Assembly: GCA_022710775.1 (NCBI GenBank)
Contig: JAKLGH010000001.1
Coordinates: forward strand, 201,746-265,745
DNA length: 64,000 nucleotides
DNA from: Patescibacteria group bacterium
GTDB lineage: Bacteria > Patescibacteriota > Minisyncoccia > Minisyncoccales > UBA5738
Direction: 5' to 3'
Shown: positions 9,808 to 19,038 of the stretch, one piece after another
Layout of the letters: every line of letters starts with the position of its first letter
Position numbering within the stretch: the first letter of the stretch is position 1
Position numbers and translations under genes: made by a program
Notes under the pieces: generated by a model
What the model saw: the letters and a program-made list of their open reading frames with translations, nothing else
What the model was told of the DNA's origin: nothing
Databases searched by the model: none

Positions 9808-9917
9808 CTCCCTTATTTTTTTATTATAACATCTTTGTTTTTATTTGTCAAAAAAAAATGGGTAATGCGCAAGAACATAGGCCGCGTAACAAAAAAACGC
9901 CTTAGGCGGAAAAGCTG

Positions 9918-10458
9918 AAAGATAATACCCTGGATCGCGCTGGATACCAGGGTCTGTTTGTTTAAGCGGCCAAACTTTGGCATCGCGGAGCAGTCAATTC
10001 ATCGCCAGTAGGGCTTTTTGTTCCCTCACTCAAAGAAATCACAAGCGAATCGAATGTCCATGTTTCGGGGCTTCATTCGCCGCATACCATATCGTTGCGC
10101 CACATCGTTTGGTGTACTCAATGGCATCTCAGCCCCATCCTTGTCGCTTCTCGCAAAGCACATCGTTTTGGCGTTATCCGCAACTTTCAAAGACTTTCCC
10201 GCAGGCCAGAAATGCCGCCCGGCCTATCTGGTGTGTTTCGTGTCCGGAGTATCCCTTTGGGGGACTTCTATCGTCCAATACCGGCAGGTTTTAAAAGCTG
10301 CCAAACCGGGATTGCGACATCTTCTTCCCTTGTTATCAATGACACCAGCGATTATCGGTTGCTAGGATTAAATCATCCCAACCTACGGTTCCGTTTTTGC
10401 CGCTTTTTCCTTTTTAACGGGCTAGGAAAAGAGTTTACGTTCCCACTCCCTCTCTTCC
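9918..10458 (-). ncRNA. unclassified ~540-nt non-coding RNA (candidate)
   Basis: Bounded by a perfect promoter (10465-10493) and a hairpin/U-tract terminator (9927-9953). Stops in all minus frames. Three overlapping open frames on the plus strand with no RBS. Predicted 5' stem GGAAGAGAG/CUCUUUUCC. Confidence 0.5.
9927..9953 (-). terminator. intrinsic terminator of the candidate ncRNA
   Basis: Minus strand ACCCUGG-UAUCCAGCGCGAU-CCAGGGU followed by AUUAUCUUUCAGCUUUU. Confidence 0.5.
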
Positions 10459-10464
10459 ATTATT

Positions 10465-10493
10465 ATTATAACATAAAATAAGCAAAATGTCAA
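10465..10493 (-). promoter_or_regulatory. consensus extended -10 promoter
   Basis: Reverse complement: TTGACA 10493-10488, 17-nt spacer, TGT, TATAAT 10470-10465. Confidence 0.65.
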
Positions 10494-10576
10494 TCAAAAG
10501 CGGCGCATAAAAACGGACGTTTTACCGTCCGTCGTTCTTCTAAATTTTGCTTTTAACCGGCCAGCCGCCTTTTGGT

Positions 10577-10861
10577 TTAAATATCGCAGCAAGGCGCTTC
10601 CAGCCTGTCGTCTACCAGCTTTAGATTATCGCCCCAAAATGCGGGACGATGATTCGGACAGCCTTCGTTTGGACATTCCGGCAAGGGGAATTCTTTTACT
10701 TCGCCATTCCCAACATGCTTTCCGCCGAATGCCGTAAAACCGTCGTGGACGGAAAAAAACGTTTTTCTGGCCATGATGGTTTGGCCGCAACGTTTGCACC
10801 GGTATTCGTCCCTGCCGCGGGCCGCTTCCTGCTTTAACCAATGCTGAACAAGATCTTGCAT
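10577..10861 (-). CDS. zinc-ribbon-like small protein
   Basis: CKRCGQ ... ECPNEGCPNH cysteine pairs. Terminator hairpin at 10511-10535. Confidence 0.5.
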   Translation of the reverse strand: MQDLVQHWLKQEAARGRDEYRCKRCGQTIMARKTFFSVHDGFTAFGGKHVGNGEVKEFPLPECPNEGCPNHRPAFWGDNLKLVDDRLEAPCCDI

Positions 10862-11005
10862 CTCGGCATACCATTTTTCCCAGTCTTTTTTAAGCCTTTA
10901 CTTCCTCCGCTTGTGCCGGGAAAAATATAACTTTAAAATTGCCTTAAATCAAGGTTATTGAAAAACAAAGCCTTTGGTTTCCCAAAGGCGTTCAATAATA
11001 CGGCG

Positions 11006-11323
11006 TTAATCAAGGTAGGCAAATCTTTTCTTTTGCCAATTTCCGGTTTTCAGATCGGCAAGGACGGCCCGCAAAAATCCGGCAAAATCAGTCCCTTTGT
11101 AAGAAGCGGTCCATACGCTGCCGCCGTGGGCAGTAATTTCAAAAAACCAAAATACCGGGCCGCCGGCATAACCAATTCTCCATTTCAGATCTTTGCATGA
11201 AGCTGGTTGGCCAACAGGCTGGAAACATTGATGGCAATCACGTTTTCTCACGTTTTGACCAATATATGCGGCAATCTGTTCCATTATTAGCATTATCTCG
11301 TTCGGTTCTTTCGCAATTTCCAT
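11006..11323 (-). CDS. hypothetical protein
   Basis: ORF in track; GGTGGAG RBS-like sequence before the ATG. Confidence 0.5.
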   Translation of the reverse strand: MEIAKEPNEIMLIMEQIAAYIGQNVRKRDCHQCFQPVGQPASCKDLKWRIGYAGGPVFWFFEITAHGGSVWTASYKGTDFAGFLRAVLADLKTGNWQKKRFAYLD

Positions 11324-11427
11324 CTACTCCACCTCTTAAGAACTTTTTTTCTAATATCATAAAAAAACTATAATATCAATTAAGAAATCGCGGGAAAACT
11401 CCATAAAAAACTTTTTGGCCAACTGCG

Positions 11428-11793
11428 TCAAGCTATCTTAGCCCAAGCTATGACTTCATAAAGATCGTCTGGTGATTTTGGGAAAAAAACCGGCAAACCT
11501 ATGCTTTTGGCGTATTCTATTTCCGCGCGCGCACCGCTTGAGATTTCCCAGCCGGGTATCGCTAAAACCGCGTCGGCGGTCTTTCGCAAAAAAACCATAT
11601 CCAGCTCGCGATAGAAATTTTCGTCCGCGCTGGCTTTTGCCTCAAAATGCTCCGTGTGGTTGTGGGGACAGAAAAAGCCCATTCCCGCGTTCGCCAGAGC
11701 GATCTGGTATTTTTCGGCATGACGGATATTGTCGTAGATCATCGACCTGTCTCCATTGCCAAAATAGGGCCCCGCGATAAATATGATTTTCAT
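11428..11793 (-). CDS. DUF4406 / nucleoside 2-deoxyribosyltransferase-like protein
   Basis: MKIIFIAGPYFG ... LAIPGWEISSGARAEIEYAKSIGLPVFF matches the NDT-like pattern (IAGP, GW..S.G...E). Confidence 0.55.
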   Translation of the reverse strand: MKIIFIAGPYFGNGDRSMIYDNIRHAEKYQIALANAGMGFFCPHNHTEHFEAKASADENFYRELDMVFLRKTADAVLAIPGWEISSGARAEIEYAKSIGLPVFFPKSPDDLYEVIAWAKIA

Positions 11794-11964
11794 ATTGCCA
11801 TAATTAGCTTTTCTGGCTTAAGCGTTGATAGAATTTTATGCTTTCTTTTTAAACTTATTATGTTCCGGCCAAAATTACAATATCGCCGCTTTATCAATCG
11901 CAAAAAACGATTTTAAACAAAAAACTGGCCGTTTTCGGCCAGCTATAATGACGCCTTTTTTCAG

Positions 11965-12324
11965 CTATTTTCCCCGGTATTGGATCCGGTCGCCGCTCCT
12001 ATTGGCGGCAACCATCAAGGTTTCCAGCTTTTCAAGAAATCCAGCCGGAATTTCTCCCTCGACGTAGCCGCCGGACAAATATCCCACCTTTCTGGGCAGG
12101 CCTTTTGTCTGCGCGCGTTCTGATCCGATCACCGTTTGGTTCATCACGTCTTCAATGAACTCAAGCGGCGGCCTGAATCCGTGATCCGCGATATAATGCA
12201 GGATCATATCCGGCATTTCCCACGTGTTTCCCGAATCAAACCGCAAGGTCACGTCGCCACTGCTCAAATTACTGTACTGCCCAGTATCTCCGGGTTTACA
12301 ATACTCGCATACATGAAATCCCAT
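11965..12324 (-). CDS. hypothetical protein
   Basis: CAGGAGGCGCAACG RBS before ATG 12324. Promoter TTGACA-17-TATATA at 12345-12378. Confidence 0.55.
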   Translation of the reverse strand: MGFHVCEYCKPGDTGQYSNLSSGDVTLRFDSGNTWEMPDMILHYIADHGFRPPLEFIEDVMNQTVIGSERAQTKGLPRKVGYLSGGYVEGEIPAGFLEKLETLMVAANRSGDRIQYRGK

Positions 12325-12406
12325 CGTTGCGCCTCCTGATTTTTACTTTTATATATATGATATTATTCTTATTTTGTCAAAAAAAGCGGCCGGTTTGCTT
12401 CTTTCC

Positions 12407-12508
12407 GCTGTCTTCGCTTTTCTAGCTTTTCTCGCTGTTTTAGCTGTTTTAGCTTTTTTCGCTGTTCTTGCTGTTTTAGTTTTTCTCGCTGTTTTAGCTT
12501 GCCTGCTG
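12407..12508. repeat. 11 tandem copies of a degenerate 9-bp unit GCTKTTYTM
   Basis: Read directly: gctgtcttc gcttttcta gcttttctc gctgtttta gctgtttta gcttttttc gctgttctt gctgtttta gtttttctc gctgtttta gcttgcctg. Spans the stop codon of 12494..13948. Confidence 0.8.
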
Positions 12509-13948
12509 GCTTATCCTCACGCGCGGACGGAACCCGGCGTTTTGCACGGCTCGCTTCCAATCGGCGATCTTCATTAAGAAATTAAGCGAATTCACCTCCG
12601 ACAAGCGGCCAATCGTTTTTGATTTTTCCGAGGCCAGCCATAAACCGATCTTCTGCACGTCAAGCGTCTGGTTGGCCAGCTCGATCTGGCCGCGCCCGGC
12701 CTGTAAATATTTTGTCACGCCGATTGCCTGGTCCAAGGCATAGTTAACCGATTCGGGAGAACCGGTTTTTACAAAATAAAGCGTACCGTCTTTGAAAAGG
12801 TCGAGTTTGTTAACCCGGAACTTCTCGTTTATGGACGCAATACCCAGGCGGCAATCGGTGAAACCCGCTTTCACCTGGTTTTCGATAAATTCATCCTGGT
12901 CGCCTTTGAATTCCCCGTTGTCTTTTTCAATTGCCACCGTATCGGCTTCGCGGCGCAAAAAATTCAAAAACGATTGGTTGTAGCGGTACCATTTTCCATC
13001 GATCAGGCAAATCCGGTTTTCTTCATCCAAATAATCTATCATCGCTTTGAAATTCCTGGACCGTTCCCGCCCTTCCGGATCGTAAACCCTCACCTTTATA
13101 TCGTTTATCTGTTCAACCAGATTGACGCTTTGAGAATCTAAAAAATTCCGGAACGCGAATTTGTCCAGCATGCCTTTCTCCGACTGGCTGCCATATCCTC
13201 CCTGCATGTATATCCCGTACTGGCAATTATCGTTAACGATCAGCGATGCCTTATCCGATCCGGCCGTCAGAGCCTGCGCCAGCGCTCCGTCCAAATCTTT
13301 CAATTTGGCTGCGTCGCGGATTAAAACAACTTTAGGCAAACCCATTCGCGCCGGCTGATTTAATACTTCTTCCACTCTTTTAATGAACGGCGGAAGCTGA
13401 TCCGGAGCGATATCCAGGGAAAATTGAACGGCCGTGCCAAAATTAGCTTCCGCTCCCCATAAAGCCGGATCGATAGTCGCGGCCCGGATCATGTCCAGCG
13501 ATTCTCCGCTGTCAAATTCGATCCGGTTCCCCGCCTGGTAGGTAGAAGCTACCCGGTTGCGGCGCGACTTATAAAATTTGGAATTCTTGATTTTCACGTG
13601 ATCGCTGGCAATACGCTCGGCCATATTGATACCGAAATCCGGGTCGCAATAGTTCTTGATCTGGATGAAAGTCTTGCCCAAAGCCGCCGCGTAGCAAAAG
13701 GTATCGCTGTAAATGAAGAACGCCGCGCAGTGAACCACGTTCTTGGGCGGTTCCACGCCCTCAAAAAAATCTTTATAGGTTTTCGTCCACCATATATCAC
13801 TGCCTTCCGGTTCCCGCGAATACATGAATTCCAGCACGCAATCTCCCGCTTCAACCTTCTTGGCCGATTCCAGCCCGGCAGCCCGTAATTTACCGACTAA
13901 TTCAAACCTTCGTTCCGGCATCAGCCGGTATAGATTATACTTTGCCAT
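12494..13948 (-). CDS. DUF6119 / TIGR04141-like sporadically distributed protein (tentative)
   Basis: About 485 aa from ATG 13948 (MAKYNLYRLMPE...). Length and N-terminal pattern recalled from the family; not verifiable here. Confidence 0.45.
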   Translation of the reverse strand: MAKYNLYRLMPERRFELVGKLRAAGLESAKKVEAGDCVLEFMYSREPEGSDIWWTKTYKDFFEGVEPPKNVVHCAAFFIYSDTFCYAAALGKTFIQIKNYCDPDFGINMAERIASDHVKIKNSKFYKSRRNRVASTYQAGNRIEFDSGESLDMIRAATIDPALWGAEANFGTAVQFSLDIAPDQLPPFIKRVEEVLNQPARMGLPKVVLIRDAAKLKDLDGALAQALTAGSDKASLIVNDNCQYGIYMQGGYGSQSEKGMLDKFAFRNFLDSQSVNLVEQINDIKVRVYDPEGRERSRNFKAMIDYLDEENRICLIDGKWYRYNQSFLNFLRREADTVAIEKDNGEFKGDQDEFIENQVKAGFTDCRLGIASINEKFRVNKLDLFKDGTLYFVKTGSPESVNYALDQAIGVTKYLQAGRGQIELANQTLDVQKIGLWLASEKSKTIGRLSEVNSLNFLMKIADWKRAVQNAGFRPRVRISQQAS

Positions 13949-14153
13949 ATAATATATTAATTGCCCTATAAAATCCCTTTTTAAGCGATATTTCCGCTTC
14001 AAAAAAAAGAAAAACGGGTTTACAACCCGTTTTCATTTTAAACTATTTCCTAAATCCAATCAAAACCGCCGGCAATCATTTGCTCAAAGGTTGCTGGCAG
14101 ACATAATCATAGTCTTATAACAAACAGCATAACACCTATCAATGATTTGTCTT

Positions 14154-14570
14154 TCAGCTTTTACGTTCCTTGCCTTTAATAACATAAGACGCGAATTTTA
14201 TCGGTGCCTGGCTGCCCCATTCCCAATAAGAGGCAACGGACCGGCCGACATACTTTTCCCGCAATTCAAGCGGCGCTGGCTCCCCATCAAAACTATAGCT
14301 GCTCCAAAAATGAGGTTTCGACCACCCGGAAACAATATAAACTTCTTTGATGAATCCGTGATATGCGGCGCAAACAAGCCGGATTTTCTTCGCGCGCTTG
14401 CCGTTTACTTTTAAAAGCGATTTCGTTATTTCGTACATAGACCGCGGATCAATGTTTGGCTGGTAAAGCGAACCGAGATTGACCAGTATTGCCGGCTCAT
14501 TGAAAACTGCCATTTTCAGATGGCTTTTTTCTACTTCTTTGTTGCGTTTTTCGCTGAATTGATGGTTCAT
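14154..14570 (-). CDS. hypothetical protein
   Basis: ORF in track; terminator hairpin at 14012-14035 downstream. Confidence 0.5.
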   Translation of the reverse strand: MNHQFSEKRNKEVEKSHLKMAVFNEPAILVNLGSLYQPNIDPRSMYEITKSLLKVNGKRAKKIRLVCAAYHGFIKEVYIVSGWSKPHFWSSYSFDGEPAPLELREKYVGRSVASYWEWGSQAPIKFASYVIKGKERKS

Positions 14571-14677
14571 TTTGCCGGCAGATCGGTAAAACCGCTTTTA
14601 TTTATTTGTATTCTACCGCGACAGGAATTTGTTCTCGGCGGATCCATACGCTCGAGGCTGCCTTGATAGTCCATAAA

Positions 14678-15259
14678 CTAAAGCTCCGCTTCTCCGATCG
14701 CTGGATATTCGATAAATAAAACCTCCGAAGGAACCGTTAAAACCGATTCATCGGCTGTCCAAAAAACACATTCCAAATCCCGCTCCTGTTCAACAATAAC
14801 TATTTTTCCGGGTTCCGGAGCGGCAAGATCTCCGTTGCTTATTCTAACCAGATCATACATCATGCCGGATTCCTTGTTTCCGTCAGTTTCCGGCCAAACA
14901 TATTCAATTCCGTTATCGATGATCACATGAACCGACGAACCGCTTGCGGCCGCGCCGGAAGCTTCGTTCAAATCCATATCAAGGCGGACTTTCCCGCCGG
15001 CCGCGTAAAATGATACGTCGCCGTTATCCAGCATCCCTCTTGGGCCGCTTCCCCTTAAATACTCGCACTTGAGCGGCGAATCACTTTCAATTAATTCCTT
15101 TATCGAGTGAATACTGATTTTTAACTCGCTTTTTGTTTCCTCTTTAACCGGACCGGCTACGCCGCTTTTGTTTAAGAACAATCCGGCATAAGCAACCGCC
15201 GCCATAACCGCAATGGCCAGCGCCGCAAAAATTAATTTCTTATTCATTTTTTTTAACAC
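14678..15259 (-). CDS. membrane-anchored exported protein (family with 7968..8678)
   Basis: N-terminal TM KKLIFAALAIAVMAAVAYAGLF. Shared blocks with 7968..8678. Confidence 0.65.
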   Translation of the reverse strand: MLKKMNKKLIFAALAIAVMAAVAYAGLFLNKSGVAGPVKEETKSELKISIHSIKELIESDSPLKCEYLRGSGPRGMLDNGDVSFYAAGGKVRLDMDLNEASGAAASGSSVHVIIDNGIEYVWPETDGNKESGMMYDLVRISNGDLAAPEPGKIVIVEQERDLECVFWTADESVLTVPSEVLFIEYPAIGEAEL

Positions 15260-15320
15260 TTAAAACGAAACCCCGTTTTAATTATATCTATTAGAAAAAA
15301 ACCGGCAAATCGGCTTATCG

Positions 15321-16789
15321 TCAAATTTTCTTCAGAAATTCCAGAATCTCAACCATAGCCAGGGTATCCAGACGGCAATAGTCATACATATCTTTGGCTA
15401 GTTTCTCTTTTTCTTTTAGATCGAGCTTCGGATCAATTACTTTCAGCCAGCTGGCCGAAGCGGCGCCGCCTTCATGGATGTTCAAATCCCGGTAAGACAG
15501 CTTTGGCACGAGAACCGGCAGGATTTTTTTAATGGAAGCGCTGTTTTTGAAGCCTTTATGAACGTAATAACCTTTCTTAAAACATTGCATCAGGTCGTAC
15601 ATCCGGTCATTCAGGGATTTAAAAAACAGAGCGTATTGCTTTTTCTTTCCCTCATTTCACGGTTGCAACCCATCTCAAAACTTTTGTTCCAGGCGATAAC
15701 GCTCCCCTTATCGCCGATTATTCCAGACAATGATCCCGCTAATTCGGCGGTCGGATCCGAAATCTTAGTGCTCAAATATTGATAATGTTCCAATGGCGAG
15801 TTCGGCGACTTCTTAACGTGCAGCGAATACTGGAAAATGATGCGCTGATAGGGTTTATACCCGTCAAAAAGCGGAACGGCCGGTCCATAGGTTTCGTAAT
15901 CCAAAAAGTATAAAGGGTATTCCAGTTGCGCCAGCTCTTCCTTTATCGCTTTGGCATCGATAAATACTTGGCCGGTTTTAACCGCTTTAATGTGGTTTAT
16001 ACTGTTTTTATGGGTAATTATTCCGTCGGGAACATCTTTTAAGTCGATAATTCCCCGGTCAAGCAGCGCCTCTAATTTTTCCCCGCTCAATGATCCGGCT
16101 ATATCATAAATTGAATCTTCCGGTAAGCTTTTCCGGCAATGATCCGCGAACTCGCAACCGTAAGGGGAATGGCACTGCTTCAGCATTTTAACCTTCGGCT
16201 CCGCTTTGTTACCCAGGATCTTATGGGCCGTTTCTATATTCAAACCGACGTTTTTGATCAAAACATCCACTGCGCGAGTAACATCTTCAATCTTTAAAAA
16301 TTTTTTATGGTCTATCGCTCCCTGGCGTATATAGTCTTTGTTAACGTAAACCACGAAAAGCTTCCCGATTTTAAACCAGTTATCCTCGAAACAGATCTTC
16401 TGGAAAGCCAGGTCGATTAAATGGATATCTTTGACCTCGGTCGAGCTTTTCACCTCATAAATATCCCAATTCCCGTATTTCGAATATAGCTTAATGATAT
16501 CCGCCCGGCAGAATACCTTCCAATTGGAAATAGTCGGCTGGAAAATCGTTTTTTGACGCGTTTTGACAAGTTTTTTAGTATTGGCAACAGCCGTAGGAAT
16601 ATCTGCATCGTACGCGCTCTTGCCGTCCTGAAAAATTTTATACGCGATATTCTCTACCTCATAACCCTCGTCAAAAATCCGCTTCATCGCGGCTAACGCG
16701 TCCGGCTCTGCCAGATCCTGCCGGTATTTATGCAGCCATAGGTATTTGCAACACTGCGTATATTTAAGAAAATCCGATTTTGTAAGCAT
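15321..16789 (-). pseudogene. DUF2779-family (PD-(D/E)XK/Cas4-like) gene split by a frameshift
   Basis: ORFs 15611..16789 and 15321..15602 are colinear halves. Shifting to the -1 frame within GAAAGAAAAAG (about 15640-15650) gives ...FEMGCNREMRE-KKQYALFFKSLNDRMYDL...GFKNSASIKKILP. Confidence 0.6.
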
Positions 16790-16964
16790 ATTGTTTCATT
16801 TTTCATGCCATTGGCCGTTCCCAATCTTATCACTTTGATGTAATTCCGTAAATCGGCAAGCTTTCGATCTAACAAAAACGGGCTCCAGCCCGTAACATCC
16901 ATCTTCCGATCTTTACGCATTAATGAAATTAGCCACACAATAAAATCAATAGGATTAGCCCTCC

Positions 16965-17504
16965 TTAATTCATCATCCAGATCGCGTAGTTTAAATAACC
17001 GGCAAATGTCACCCAGAGGATATAAGGTATCAGCAGATAACCAGCGAGTTTGGATACCCGGTAGAAATTGACGATCGTATACAGTATCGCGAACCAAAGC
17101 ATTATAAGTTCAAAAAACGCCAAACCCGGCAATTGAAAATAGAAAAAACATACCGACCAAAATATATTTAATCCCAGCTGGATGCCAAAGATAAGAACAA
17201 TATTCTCTTCACGCCAGGTTCCCGTCAAAAGCTTCTGGGAAAAACGGTTCCAGGCTTTTGAAGCCCGCCCATGCAAGGGGAGTTCTGGCTGCCATCTTTT
17301 CAACCAAACAAGATATAACGCAACACCCATTAAAAGAAACAAAATCGTCCAAACCGGAGCAAATACGGAACTGGGCGGATTAAACGAGGGTTTATTCAAC
17401 GTTGGATACCATTCGCTTAACCCCGGCATCGTAAAAAAAGCGCCGACAATGCCGGCAAACTGGCAAATGGCGATTGAGATTATGAGCTTTGATACTTTTT
17501 TCAT
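16965..17504 (-). CDS. tspO: TspO/MBR tryptophan-rich sensory protein
   Basis: Five TM segments. WY..L.KP.F.PP..VFAPVWTILFLLMG and the C-terminal W-rich pattern. Start at ATG 17504. Confidence 0.75.
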   Translation of the reverse strand: MKKVSKLIISIAICQFAGIVGAFFTMPGLSEWYPTLNKPSFNPPSSVFAPVWTILFLLMGVALYLVWLKRWQPELPLHGRASKAWNRFSQKLLTGTWREENIVLIFGIQLGLNIFWSVCFFYFQLPGLAFFELIMLWFAILYTIVNFYRVSKLAGYLLIPYILWVTFAGYLNYAIWMMN

Positions 17505-17634
17505 TTTATTGCCCGCCCGGCTTGGCAAAAAGACCGCGTGGATGTATTTATTTTATCCCAATCGCCAACCCAATGCCAGGATTTTTTTAAAAACAAGCCA
17601 GCTAATAAAAAATAACCGGTTCACGGTTATTGAA

Positions 17635-18078
17635 TTATAATCGAGGTTTTAGCTCCGCACTTGCTATCCTTTCTTCGATTGAGGCAATGATATGCTCGAC
17701 AATTCCGATTCGGCTATAAAGCATTGCAACCTGAAGGCGCACCTCGTGCAACTCGCCAAGCAAGGCATCGGGATCGTCTCTCGGATATTTCCGCTCCGCG
17801 AGCGAACAGCTCAACCGCGTTATCCGTCTCTCGACGCCAAACGCGATCAATTCGCGCGCCAGCTGGCAGCTATCTAGCGAAAAACTATCTTTGACAATGA
17901 ATTTGAGGTAATCGGCGGTCTCGCCCGAAAAAGGATAGATTAAAAATCCTTGCTTCGACCTGGCCTGACTTTCAAAACCGGCAACCAAGCTTTGCGCCGC
18001 GCCCAACTTGATTTTGATCTCGTTTAATTCAATAAAGGGAAAATCTATTCGAGGATTCAACTCTCGATTCGAATTCAT
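17635..18078 (-). CDS. hypothetical protein
   Basis: ORF in track; GGAGG RBS before ATG 18078. Confidence 0.55.
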   Translation of the reverse strand: MNSNRELNPRIDFPFIELNEIKIKLGAAQSLVAGFESQARSKQGFLIYPFSGETADYLKFIVKDSFSLDSCQLARELIAFGVERRITRLSCSLAERKYPRDDPDALLGELHEVRLQVAMLYSRIGIVEHIIASIEERIASAELKPRL

Positions 18079-18216
18079 TTACCAAGCCTCCTTGATTTTA
18101 TGAACTGGATGGATGATAAAATATCCGAATCTTTAAGTCAAACCCGATAACAAAGCAGCCAAACAGCAAAAAACCGCCGTCCGGCGGTTTTTTTGATCTG
18201 TATTATTTTATTATAG

Positions 18217-18921
18217 TTATTCGCATTCCCCCTCCGTATAGTTTTTTGTTTCCTGATTCATGCACGCTTGGCAAGCGTTGGAAAAAGTCTGCTTGATCGG
18301 AGGACAAGGCGCCTTCACGCATTTAACTTCGACGGTCGCGCAAACCGGGGCGAGAATTTCGGCGCAAACATCAATTTTCCGCGACTCTTCGGAACAAGTC
18401 ATAACTTTTTTGATTTGTTCAACAAAATTTTTACCATCGGCGCTGCATTGCCTGGGATAAGTTTCCATAACCGCATTTCCCGCCGCGACGCATTCATCAA
18501 AATCAGTGATTTCGCCCTTTGAATCCGGAGGGATAGCGCCGGTGCAACGCCAGTTTATTTCCACCGTCTTTGTTTTCTCGTCAACCACGCAAGCGGGATT
18601 ACATCCTTCCTTAACCGTATTCAGATTGGCATCGAACCACCAAGTATGAGTATTTTCATTATAAGTTCCAGGACCTAAAGCCTCGCCGCCTTTAATGCAT
18701 TCCGACTCGGCAATATTTTTAGCCTCTTCCTCGCTTAAACGCGCCGGCACCAAATCGATTGGCTGGTTCGAATCAACCGGTATTTCCGGCTTTGACGCCT
18801 TATATGGATCATACAATTCTCTACCTTTTTTTTGGTGCGCTTCATCAACATACCAAGCAGCAGCAACAGCCGTTATCGCAAAAACGATTATCAGCGAAAA
18901 AAACGTTATTTTTTTTGACAT
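18217..18921 (-). CDS. secreted Cys-rich protein with Kazal-like C-terminal domain
   Basis: TM/signal MSKKITFFSLIIVFAITAVAAAWY. C-terminus CAEILAPVCATVEVKCVKAPCPPIKQTFSNACQAC resembles Kazal spacing (C..PVC...N.C.AC). Confidence 0.5.
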   Translation of the reverse strand: MSKKITFFSLIIVFAITAVAAAWYVDEAHQKKGRELYDPYKASKPEIPVDSNQPIDLVPARLSEEEAKNIAESECIKGGEALGPGTYNENTHTWWFDANLNTVKEGCNPACVVDEKTKTVEINWRCTGAIPPDSKGEITDFDECVAAGNAVMETYPRQCSADGKNFVEQIKKVMTCSEESRKIDVCAEILAPVCATVEVKCVKAPCPPIKQTFSNACQACMNQETKNYTEGECE

Positions 18922-19038
18922 ATATAATGGTTTTACTAATAGTAATTTATCATTATTCAATTATCCAAACAATGTCTTCCGGACAGACCATTCCAAGATT
19001 CCGTTTAGGCAAAATAAAACCGCTACTGAATTAGCGGT

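Noticed and set aside
9918-10458. Assignment of the candidate RNA to RNase P RNA, tmRNA, SRP RNA or a group II intron
   Set aside because: GGGAAAGUCU and ACAGACCCUGG superficially recall the RNase P CR-I/CR-V motifs. They lie in the wrong positions (about 275 nt from the 5' end, and inside the terminator). The other conserved blocks (AGGGUGAAA, GUAAGAGC) are absent. There is no tRNA-like 3' end, no SRP GGAA/AGCA motif, and no GUGYG start or domain V.
9977-10481. Three overlapping plus-strand ORFs (105, 115 and 128 aa) across the 9.9-10.5 kb gap
   Set aside because: All three frames are open over the same DNA. None has an RBS or promoter. The translations are low-complexity (Ser/Pro/Arg/Cys-rich). 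The only strong promoter points the other way. I interpret the region as antisense to a non-coding RNA.
12369-12560. 63-aa ORF encoding KLKQREKLKQQEQRKK...
   Set aside because: It is a reading-frame artefact of the 9-bp tandem repeat and overlaps the 3' end of the 12494..13948 gene in another frame.
16693-17097. 134-aa ORF bridging the DUF2779 and TspO genes
   Set aside because: It overlaps both neighbouring genes and crosses the TspO terminator hairpin (about 16876-16900), with no RBS.
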